Assembly (NCBI GenBank): GCA_036373895.1
Contig: DASUUV010000030.1
Coordinates: 33,093 to 57,092 of the forward strand
Direction of reading: 5' to 3'
Length of the DNA: 24,000 bases
Origin: Nitrososphaera sp.
GTDB lineage: Archaea > Thermoproteota > Nitrososphaeria > Nitrososphaerales > Nitrososphaeraceae
Below, one piece after another: positions 7,603 through 15,129 of this stretch. Both the position numbers and the translations under genes were made by a program. Every line of letters begins with the position of its first letter. Positions within the stretch are counted from its first letter, which is position 1. The notes beneath the pieces are model-generated. The model ran no database searches and was not told where the DNA came from. It saw only the letters and a list, made by a program, of their open reading frames with translations.

Positions 7603-8145
7603 GTGAGTGCAAACATCAAAGACATTCTATATTCTACCATAGATAGAATCGGCAAAGCAAAAATCCGCATGGAAGTTATTGGCGAGATTGAAAGGTCGGA
7701 ACAATACTGTAATGAAATTCTTGAAAAATGTAAAAGTAGGATGGGCGATGATTTAGATGACGAGTCGTTCGGAACTTTATGTGAAGCATTGCTCCATTTC
7801 ATGCTGACTGCTTCCTTACTTCCTTCCGAGAGGAAGGTCAACTGGAAAGGCGCAGAATTGGACCTAGTTGTTCCTTCACTAAAAATGCTGAGCAAAAGCC
7901 CGGAAAAAGCTCTAGTCATTCAAATAACAAAAAGAAATGCAGAGCTGACAAAGATAAAGCATGCCGAATCTGTGCAGCCTCACAATGGAAATATTTGGAT
8001 CGTGTCAGCAAAGCGGCTAGAGATAGATCATAAAAATTATTACATTGGATCAACACAGTTCCCTTACTCGAGGATCATCTTAGATATCAATGCCTTCCTC
8101 GTTCGCAAGGGAGATCGTGGACTCAAGCTCTTACATGGACAATAA
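7603..8145 (+). CDS. hypothetical protein (180 aa)
   Basis: ORF with a GTG start at leaderless spacing from the TATA-like box. Its 3' end overlaps the bioD 3' end by 15 nt. I recognise no family. Confidence 0.5.
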   Translation: MSANIKDILYSTIDRIGKAKIRMEVIGEIERSEQYCNEILEKCKSRMGDDLDDESFGTLCEALLHFMLTASLLPSERKVNWKGAELDLVVPSLKMLSKSPEKALVIQITKRNAELTKIKHAESVQPHNGNIWIVSAKRLEIDHKNYYIGSTQFPYSRIILDINAFLVRKGDRGLKLLHGQ

Positions 8146-8829
8146 TTTGTCAAGGTCCAAATCATGTTCTAACACCTTGCCAATAGCAGCGTAATTAGCT
8201 CCTTTTGAGAAAGGAATTACGGCTAATACTTTGATATGTGTGAGCCTCTCAAGAACTTCAGCTGTCTTTTGCTCTACTATGTTAGGTTTTTTTGATGTTT
8301 TATTCAAAATTATTCCTCTGATTTTGAGGCCAAACTTTTTGCAGGCCATTACCGTGAGCAAAGTGTGGTTCAGGGTTCCAAGCTTAGCTGTCGAGACAAT
8401 GATTACAGGTAAGTCTATCTGCTTTGCAAAACCTGCAACACATTCTTTTTCAGTCAACGGAACCATGATGCCACCGATGCCTTCCAAAATTAGAAAATCG
8501 TGTTTTCTTTCAAGCTTTTTCAACTCCTGCACGGCTTTTTTGATATTGACTGGAACGCCATGCTTTAGCTCCGAAGCAACTAGAGGTGAGGCCGCTATTG
8601 AGTAAAAGAAAGGATTGAGGTTGCAGTCAGGATCGTTAATCCCAGATGCCTTGGCAAGTATTGCGGTGTCCTGAGACCGGTATTTTGTTGAAAAAACTCT
8701 GTTTGCAGTTGCAAAAGGTTTCATGACGCCCACATCTATTTTTCGCTTTCTCAGAGCCCAGGCGAGCCCTGCACCTACTGCTGTCTTGCCCACTCCTGTG
8801 CTTGTCCCTGTTATGAAGATGCCACGCAT
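8131..8829 (-). CDS. bioD: dethiobiotin synthetase
   Basis: MRGIFITGTSTGVGKT matches the BioD N-terminal P-loop (compare E. coli YFVTGTDTEVGKT). I therefore take the start at ATG 8827-8829 rather than the tracked 8886. Confidence 0.85.
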   Translation of the reverse strand: MRGIFITGTSTGVGKTAVGAGLAWALRKRKIDVGVMKPFATANRVFSTKYRSQDTAILAKASGINDPDCNLNPFFYSIAASPLVASELKHGVPVNIKKAVQELKKLERKHDFLILEGIGGIMVPLTEKECVAGFAKQIDLPVIIVSTAKLGTLNHTLLTVMACKKFGLKIRGIILNKTSKKPNIVEQKTAEVLERLTHIKVLAVIPFSKGANYAAIGKVLEHDLDLDKLLSM

Positions 8830-8858
8830 GGAAATGTTATTAGAGCTGCTGACAAAAC

Positions 8859-10211
8859 ATGCATTTAACTGAATTGAACCTGACAAATGCAGACAAAGAC
8901 TTTGTATGGCATCCGTACACCCAGATGAGAGATTGGGTAAAATGGAATAACAAGGTAATCGTCAAAGGAGATGGCTTTTACCTCGTTGACAGCGAAGGGA
9001 GAAAATACCTTGATGGCAGTGCTAGCATGTGGTGCAACGTCTGGGGGCATACTCAGAACAAAGTTGTTCAGGCCATGATAGATCAGCTAAAAAAGGTCCC
9101 GCATTCTACTCTGTTCGGACTTGCCAATGCTCCGTCCATAGAGCTTGCTGAAAGACTCCTTAGGCTGGCAAGGGGGATGCATAAGGCATTCTATACTGAC
9201 AACGGTTCTACCGCAATTGAGGTTGCAATGAAGATGGCTCTCCAATACTGGTATAATAAGGGCAAAGACAAAAAAAAGGAATTCATCTCACTCGACCACG
9301 GATATCATGGCGACACAATCGGCGCGATGTCTGTTGGTTACATTGAGAATTTCTTCAGAGTATACAGACCGCTCTTGTTGAATGTGCACAGGGTTCCAAG
9401 CCCGCTCCTCTATGGGAGCAGATTTACAAATGAACGCGACCTAGTAGAATGGTGTCTTGAGAAAACTGAGAATACTATTAAAAGACATAAGGATCGGTGC
9501 GCCGCTCTCATTATGGAAAGCGGGGCTCAGATCGCAGGAGGAGCGATTATTTTCCCTACAGGATATCAGAAAAAGGTAGCAAGGCTGTGCAGAGATTATG
9601 ACATCTTGCTGATTCTAGACGAGATTGCAACCGGGTTTGGTAGGCTTGGAAACGTCGTAGAATATCTTGCACAGAGGTCACAACCAGACATTGTATGCTT
9701 TGGAAAAGCCCTTACTGGAGGCTATTTCCCCCTAGCAGTAACTCTTGTTACACGTCGTATCTTTGATGCATTTCTGGGAAAATATCGTTATAACAAGCAC
9801 CTATACCATGGTCACACTTTTACAGGTCATCCTACAGGATGCGCCGCTGCTCTAGCAAACATAGAGAATTACCAAAACCATGATCTAACCCAGCAAATCA
9901 AAGTGAGCGCCGAATATATAGCGTCAAGACTGCCTGAATTTTTGAAATCGCCCATAGTAGCTGATATCCGACACAAAGGTCTGCTCGCTGGAATTGAGCT
10001 GGCAAAAAACAACAAGCCGATTATCTTTTTGAAAAATAAAGAGATCATAAACTACTTTATAATGCAACAAGCACTAAAGATGGGCGTGCATATGAGGCCC
10101 CTTGGCAACATCATGCTCTTGATTCCGCCTCTGGGGATTGAAAAGTGCGATCTCGAGAAGCTGCTCAATGTACAGCTTATATTATTGAGAAAGATAGAGG
10201 AGCTATCTTAG
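8859..10211 (+). CDS. bioA: adenosylmethionine-8-amino-7-oxononanoate aminotransferase
   Basis: 450 aa class-III aminotransferase. It has WHPYTQM near the N-terminus, the DEIATGFGR motif and the FGKALTGG PLP-lysine region. Confidence 0.9.
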   Translation: MHLTELNLTNADKDFVWHPYTQMRDWVKWNNKVIVKGDGFYLVDSEGRKYLDGSASMWCNVWGHTQNKVVQAMIDQLKKVPHSTLFGLANAPSIELAERLLRLARGMHKAFYTDNGSTAIEVAMKMALQYWYNKGKDKKKEFISLDHGYHGDTIGAMSVGYIENFFRVYRPLLLNVHRVPSPLLYGSRFTNERDLVEWCLEKTENTIKRHKDRCAALIMESGAQIAGGAIIFPTGYQKKVARLCRDYDILLILDEIATGFGRLGNVVEYLAQRSQPDIVCFGKALTGGYFPLAVTLVTRRIFDAFLGKYRYNKHLYHGHTFTGHPTGCAAALANIENYQNHDLTQQIKVSAEYIASRLPEFLKSPIVADIRHKGLLAGIELAKNNKPIIFLKNKEIINYFIMQQALKMGVHMRPLGNIMLLIPPLGIEKCDLEKLLNVQLILLRKIEELS

Positions 10212-10215
10212 CTCC
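10199..10215. other. 17-nt hairpin (GGAGCTA-TCT-TAGCTCC) holding both stop codons of the convergent bioA and recombinase genes
   Basis: The bioA TAG is at 10209-10211. The recombinase TAG is the reverse complement of 10203-10205. The dyad makes both proteins end in -EL(S/R). Confidence 0.6.
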
Positions 10216-10796
10216 CTCAATTTCGTGTATAGCGTAGCTTTTGAGATGCCCAGACTCTTTGCTATTCTTGTTTTCGGGTGATTTTCTGCAAGCAGACTAA
10301 TGAGCTTATCTTTGTCAACTACCTTTTGAGGCCGACCAATGCCTTTTCCTGCCGCCTTGGCTCGGTCCATGCCATCCTTTGTTCTCTGAACTAGAAGCTC
10401 ACGTTCTCTCTCGGCAGCCCATGTCAGGATTCCAATCATAAGCTTTCTGATACTGGACTCTGTGGTTTGGAGAAATGATTCTCTAGGCGAGCATGAAATC
10501 AAAGATGCATAGTGCTCTACTGCCTTTATCGCATCTAGCGTATCCCAAAAAGTTCTTCCAACGCGTGATAATTCATAAACTAAAACGGCATCTACTTCCG
10601 TCATTTTTACCAGCTCAAGCATTTCTTGAAATCCGCGCCTTTGGGTAGCGGGAACCTTACCACTGATAGCAGGATCTTCAAAAGAGTCAAGGATCAGGTA
10701 ATCGTTTCCTTGTGCCCATTTTTCAAGAGCAAGCTTCTGATTCTGGACAGTCTGTTCTTCCGTGCTTACACGCAGGTATGCAAAGGCATATTTCAT
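10203..10796 (-). CDS. small serine recombinase, resolvase/invertase family (N-terminal catalytic domain, C-terminal HTH)
   Basis: Has YAFAYLRVSTEEQ (catalytic Ser), VYELSRVGR, the ERERELLVQRTKDGMDRAKAAGKGIGRP linker and a C-terminal IAKSLGISKATLY helix-turn-helix. I take the start at MKYAF (ATG 10794-10796). Confidence 0.9.
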   Translation of the reverse strand: MKYAFAYLRVSTEEQTVQNQKLALEKWAQGNDYLILDSFEDPAISGKVPATQRRGFQEMLELVKMTEVDAVLVYELSRVGRTFWDTLDAIKAVEHYASLISCSPRESFLQTTESSIRKLMIGILTWAAERERELLVQRTKDGMDRAKAAGKGIGRPQKVVDKDKLISLLAENHPKTRIAKSLGISKATLYTKLRELR

Positions 10797-10815
10797 ATTC
10801 CATTCTAGGCGCCGC

Positions 10816-10828
10816 AATATAATTATCA
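10816..10828 (-). promoter_or_regulatory. TATA-like box for the recombinase gene
   Basis: The minus strand reads ATAATTATATT, centred about 25 nt upstream of ATG 10796 (leaderless spacing). Confidence 0.4.
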
Positions 10829-11363
10829 TATTGTCAAGAAAAGTGTTCAAAAAGGGTAGCGCAAATAAATAGACGCGTCGATCATAAGCTATGACAAACC
10901 AAGAGTAAAAAAACGGTACTCATTTTTGTACAGTATAGAAAGCGTTCCATTTTTGAACTGTGTCGCAATGTCCCGTTATGTAACGAAAACCGCCATTTCT
11001 GCTTTCCACACCTAGTAAGAAACGATCTATCAACCGTTGGGTCTTTTTGGCTGTCTGGAGCCCCCCTTTAATGTTGTTTTTGAAAAAGTACGTAACTTAT
11101 CATATTTAGATAACATGAATATTTCTTCAAAAAAGATCCTCTTCCCTCAACATCTTTCGAATCACAGCAGGCTGCTGGGACCAAATCAAAATGACCTATT
11201 TTGATTAGGTGTTCTAGCCCAAGGCTTTGGGCCAATACGAGAAGTGATAATGAATTATTGTTCGAGACAGTGGATGTACAATTAAGAGGACATTTTGCAT
11301 GATTCCATATTGGAGAGTTTTTTAATTCTTGGTCTAAATACGCGGCATACAAACTATGACGAG

Positions 11364-11389
11364 ATATTTCTAAATTCGAATTTAGAAAT
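11364..11389 (+). repeat. 26-nt palindromic element, copy 1 (ATATTTCTAAATTCGAATTTAGAAAT)
   Basis: 11366-11389 is a perfect 24-nt palindrome. It lies 51-63 nt upstream of the bioB start and is 25/26 identical to the copy at 13574. Confidence 0.8.
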
Positions 11390-11440
11390 GCCTCCCTAGA
11401 ACAGGGCTTTCGGACAGAAATTTTAATTACCGGCTCTAAC

Positions 11441-12424
11441 TTGCTTGACATTATGACGGTTTCGGGCTTCCTTCAGGGTTGTACGGAGAAAGTACTCGCC
11501 GGTGGCTCAATTACCTTAGAAGAAGCAGAGGGTCTGCTTGGCACCGATGACATCATGCTCCTTGCTGATTGTGCGAATACTATCACTCGAACGTTTAACG
11601 GGGATACGGTAGATGTCGAAGTCCTGGTAAATGCAAAATCTGGCAGGTGTCCAGAGGATTGCTCATTTTGTGCACAATCCTCGTTCTACGATACCGGTAT
11701 TAACAAATATCCTTTATTGCCGAAAGAAGAGTTGGTCGAGAAGGCAGCAAAGGCCAAGGAAGTGGGGGCTACAAGTTTTTGCTTGGTGTGCGCTTACAGA
11801 GATCCGCCTGAGAAGGACTTTCAACACATCTGTGAAGCGATAGAAGAGATTAGATCCAAATTGGATATCGATGTCAATGTCTCTCTGGGGTTTATAACAT
11901 TAGACAGGGCGAGAAAGCTAAAGAAGCTGGGAGTCAAGCGTTACAACCATAACCTAGAAGCTGCAGAGAGCTATTTTCCTAATATCTGCAATACGCATGA
12001 CTTCTCTGACAGAGTAAATACTGCGAAAATTGTCAAGGAGGCAGGATTACAGCTGTGCTCTGGGGGCATCATAGGTATGGGCGAAACTCCTAGACAGAGG
12101 CTAGAGCTAGCCTTCTCTCTTGCGTCACTCCGCCCCGAGGAGGTTCCGATCAATATTCTGATAGGTAGAGAAGGGACTCCACTTGGGAGTCTTAAGCCGA
12201 TGGATCCTCTAGAGGCAATCAAGACAATTGCGGTGTGGCGTTTCATAATGCCAAAAACTATTCTCAAAATAGCTGGTGGACGAGAAGTACATCTCAAGCA
12301 TAATGATAAACTGGCTCTCAAGGCAGGAGCAAATGGTATTATCACCGGCGGCTACCTGACTACGGGAGGAAATACGACTAAAAAGGACATTGCGATGATA
12401 AAAGAAATTGGGCTCAAGCCATAA
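11441..12424 (+). CDS. bioB: biotin synthase (radical SAM)
   Basis: Has the CPEDCSFCAQS CxxxCxxC motif and BioB-like sequence throughout. The start is TTG 11441 or ATG 11453. Confidence 0.92.
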   Translation: MLDIMTVSGFLQGCTEKVLAGGSITLEEAEGLLGTDDIMLLADCANTITRTFNGDTVDVEVLVNAKSGRCPEDCSFCAQSSFYDTGINKYPLLPKEELVEKAAKAKEVGATSFCLVCAYRDPPEKDFQHICEAIEEIRSKLDIDVNVSLGFITLDRARKLKKLGVKRYNHNLEAAESYFPNICNTHDFSDRVNTAKIVKEAGLQLCSGGIIGMGETPRQRLELAFSLASLRPEEVPINILIGREGTPLGSLKPMDPLEAIKTIAVWRFIMPKTILKIAGGREVHLKHNDKLALKAGANGIITGGYLTTGGNTTKKDIAMIKEIGLKP

Positions 12425-13571
12425 GACCACCTTCGTTAAGGATCAGCTTGATTTTCTTGAAAAGAGCGGGTTATATCGTCATCTTAGGACGGTGGTTGCT
12501 AGAGGTCCGATGGCCAATGTCGACGGCAAGGAAGTCATCAATCTTTGCTCCAATGACTATCTCGGGCTCTCTCAAAACAAGCAAGTAATCGAGAAAACTA
12601 TTACGGCACTGAGTGAAGAAGTATCACAGTGTGGTTCAAGGTTAATTGCAGGCAACCATCCAAAAATCATCGAGCTTGAAGGCCTGCTTGCATACCATCG
12701 TAGGACAGAATCAGCCCTTCTATATCCTACAGGTTACACTGCTAACTTGGGCATAGTAACGACAATTGCAGATAAGAACTCAACGATATTTAGCGACGAG
12801 CTGAACCATGCTAGCATAGTGGATGCATGCCGGCTGAGCGGTGCGACAATTGTTGTCTTCCGGCATAATGACACCGATCATTTACAAGAGCTAATGCGGT
12901 GCGGCCGAGGCAGAAAAATTGTGATAACGGAAGGTATCTTTAGCATGGACGGCGACATGGGAAAACTATCAGAAATAAAGAGCATAGCAGACCATCATGA
13001 TGCAATAACCATCATTGACGATGCACATGGTGACTTTATCTTTGGCCCCGCCTTTTCAGGCATGCCAGCTAAAATGGGAGTAAACTTTGACATCCATGTC
13101 AGCAGTATGAGTAAGGCGCTGGGTTGCTTTGGAGGCTATGTAGCCACTACATTCCCCATTAGAGAACTGTTGATCAATACATCAAGGCAATTTATCTATA
13201 CTTCAGCCCTGCCTGACCACTTATGCTCTGCAGCAATTACCGCTATTCCAATAGCAAAGAGTGGATATTTGCAAAAGAGGCTTCAATGGAATATCCTCTA
13301 TTTTTCAGAGGCAATCAAAAGGCTAGGATTTAAAGTTGGAAACTCTATAAGCCAGATAATTCCAATCTTAGTTGGAAAAGAAGTACAGGCCCTAGAGCTT
13401 TCTAAAGAATTGCTAGAGGAGGGGGTTTTTGCTCAAGCAATTCGGTATCCGACGGTCAAAAAGGGTCATGCTCGCCTCAGAATTTCACTGAATGCCATGC
13501 ACCGCCAAGAACACTTGGATTCTGCGCTCGCGGCATTTGAAAGAGCGGGCAAAAAGACAGGTATCCTATAG
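12408..13571 (+). CDS. bioF: 8-amino-7-oxononanoate synthase
   Basis: Alpha-oxoamine synthase family with DDAHG and the SMSKALG PLP-lysine region. The TTG start overlaps the bioB end by 17 nt. The conserved N-terminal GLYR region excludes the later ATG. Confidence 0.88.
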   Translation: MGSSHKTTFVKDQLDFLEKSGLYRHLRTVVARGPMANVDGKEVINLCSNDYLGLSQNKQVIEKTITALSEEVSQCGSRLIAGNHPKIIELEGLLAYHRRTESALLYPTGYTANLGIVTTIADKNSTIFSDELNHASIVDACRLSGATIVVFRHNDTDHLQELMRCGRGRKIVITEGIFSMDGDMGKLSEIKSIADHHDAITIIDDAHGDFIFGPAFSGMPAKMGVNFDIHVSSMSKALGCFGGYVATTFPIRELLINTSRQFIYTSALPDHLCSAAITAIPIAKSGYLQKRLQWNILYFSEAIKRLGFKVGNSISQIIPILVGKEVQALELSKELLEEGVFAQAIRYPTVKKGHARLRISLNAMHRQEHLDSALAAFERAGKKTGIL

Positions 13572-13573
13572 AA

Positions 13574-13599
13574 ATATTTCTAAACTCGAATTTAGAAAT
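13574..13599 (+). repeat. 26-nt palindromic element, copy 2 (ATATTTCTAAACTCGAATTTAGAAAT)
   Basis: Starts 2 nt after the bioF TAG (13569-13571) and ends 22 nt before GTG 13622. It has one mismatch to copy 1. Confidence 0.8.
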
Positions 13600-13621
13600 A
13601 AAGCTTTTTAGTACAGAATCG

Positions 13622-13966
13622 GTGATGCCGATATATATGCCTGTAAGGGAATTTATGTTCAAGCTAGACCTATCAGAAGAGCAAAGTAGAGAAATTGCAC
13701 TATATATTAGATCGCTTCCACCCCATGACCTGCTCTTTGGACTGCGCTTCGCGTACAGCCGCTATTCGGCTGAAAGCGGCGGGTATTTGATGCCGGGGAG
13801 AAAGAGTCTCGTGAAAAGAGAAACTCTCTCACTCACCGAGGATCAAGCAAATTGGCGGCTCAATAATTGGAAGGCCATGATCAAGACTTACAGGGAAAAA
13901 GGTTATAGCTACCCCACAATATCTAGGATAAAAAAACAAGTTCAAAAAATAGCAAGCAAAAAATAA
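13622..13966 (+). CDS. hypothetical basic protein (114 aa)
   Basis: ORF with GTG-ATG at 13622/13625 and a Lys/Arg-rich C-terminus. I recognise no family. Confidence 0.45.
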   Translation: MMPIYMPVREFMFKLDLSEEQSREIALYIRSLPPHDLLFGLRFAYSRYSAESGGYLMPGRKSLVKRETLSLTEDQANWRLNNWKAMIKTYREKGYSYPTISRIKKQVQKIASKK

Positions 13967-13986
13967 AGAGAGCTAATAGGCTAGAG

Positions 13987-14637
13987 CTAGTAGCTTGTTG
14001 CCTCTAAGTTCTTTGCAGCTGCCAGGTTTGGAGAAGGCAAATCTGGGAACTTGTTCTTCATGTTCATTTCTACTACTGCGCTGGCTTCTTCCATTATCTG
14101 TGCCGTGTCTTCGTTTATTGTGTTGTAGTTTGCAATTTCGCTGTTCGGTATCTGTCCTGAGTCTGTCATAATGTTTCCCAACAGCTCGGATATTTGTCCA
14201 AATGACTGATCTGCTTCCGGCATCATTCCTGATAATCCGCTCTGCAATCCCTTTATGACTGACATTGCAGGGCTCAGCGTTACTACTACGTCTCCAAGTT
14301 CTGTCATTGTGTTGAGCCTAAGCTGTATCTGTTCTAAAGCTAGCTTTGCTGACGTGACCATCTTGTTCATCTTTCGGATCTGCGACAGCTCTCCTGATAA
14401 GATCTTTGCATGCGAAGAATCGTGACTCTGCATAGCAAGCACTACGCGCTTGAAAATTAGCTTATCTTTTTCTTGCATCCTTGAGGCTATTGCATCCAGC
14501 CTAGCGATCTGCATATGCAACTTTTTCTGTGCTTCTTCTATCCTTGGCTTCAGTGGTGCTTGTGGCTTGATGCCCTCAAGCAATTTGTGACCAACGCTTT
14601 CTCCTTGTGGCTTTACCCACCTGCTATCAAATGGCAT
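13987..14637 (-). CDS. cdvB: ESCRT-III / Snf7-family cell division protein CdvB (no C-terminal winged-helix domain)
   Basis: Several blocks match Sulfolobus CdvB from memory. EKDKLIFKRVV matches ERDKDLFEKVI. ELSQIRKMNKMV matches EISDIRKMIKII. LALEQIQLRLNTMTELGDV matches LAIEKVRLKLDTVQELQGV. AQIMEEA...FPDLP matches AKQIMEEA...LPELP. Confidence 0.85.
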   Translation of the reverse strand: MPFDSRWVKPQGESVGHKLLEGIKPQAPLKPRIEEAQKKLHMQIARLDAIASRMQEKDKLIFKRVVLAMQSHDSSHAKILSGELSQIRKMNKMVTSAKLALEQIQLRLNTMTELGDVVVTLSPAMSVIKGLQSGLSGMMPEADQSFGQISELLGNIMTDSGQIPNSEIANYNTINEDTAQIMEEASAVVEMNMKNKFPDLPSPNLAAAKNLEATSY

Positions 14638-14704
14638 TCTTATTACTATAGCACCCAGCCATCATGACATTAAGATCATAAAAGTAGCATTGTATTCCAG
14701 CTGC

Positions 14705-14738
14705 CTGTAACCGTAGTAACAGGGATCAGTGGTTACAG
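14705..14738. promoter_or_regulatory. inverted repeat CTGTAACC-N18-GGTTACAG abutting a TATA-like TTATATAT (14742-14749)
   Basis: Perfect 8-bp arms seen directly. It lies in the divergent cdvB / 87-aa ORF intergenic region. A third GGTTAC is at 14804-14809. Confidence 0.4.
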
Positions 14739-14818
14739 AACTTATATATTTTTTCTCACTACTATGAATTATAATGCAGACAGGTTTTTAAAGGCTATAG
14801 TCTGGTTACGTGTAGAAC

Positions 14819-15082
14819 ATGATAAAGGAGAAGATAAAGGTCAACAATCGCAGCTATGACGTCACAATGAATGAACAGACACACATGTATGCAATGCGAT
14901 TGAGGAGCCTTTATCAACAGAGCTATAGTGACATGGATAGCTTTGACGAAGTGAGTTCTGAGATCTCCAACACTGTAAGCAATTTACTTAAACATGCCGT
15001 TTCGCCGGAAGTAAGGGAGGACGACATGGATGGTGTCATCCAGCAGCTACTGAAAATGTATGAAAAAACCACCAAAAAGTAG
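14819..15082 (+). CDS. hypothetical acidic protein (87 aa)
   Basis: ORF only. I recognise no family. Confidence 0.4.
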   Translation: MIKEKIKVNNRSYDVTMNEQTHMYAMRLRSLYQQSYSDMDSFDEVSSEISNTVSNLLKHAVSPEVREDDMDGVIQQLLKMYEKTTKK

Positions 15083-15129
15083 CAGCATCTAGAACAACGT
15101 CTAAATAACAATCAGAAGGCCCCAATAAT

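Noticed and set aside
7603-8145. PD-(D/E)xK nuclease motif in the 180-aa hypothetical protein (ELDLVV ... VIQITK)
   Set aside because: The spacing and residues (QxxK rather than (D/E)xK) do not fit the motif. I could not support a nuclease call from sequence alone.
10203-10850. Recombinase as part of an IS or transposon (and the tracked longer start at 10850)
   Set aside because: I could find no terminal inverted repeats, target duplication or partner genes. The N-terminal 18 residues of the tracked ORF precede the conserved MKYAFAYLRVS start and would swallow the TATA-like box.
11068-11451. 127-aa minus-strand ORF in the recombinase-bioB gap
   Set aside because: It reads antisense through the perfect palindrome and overlaps the bioB start. 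It has no recognisable motif or promoter spacing. I kept it only as a possibility in the finding on the gap.
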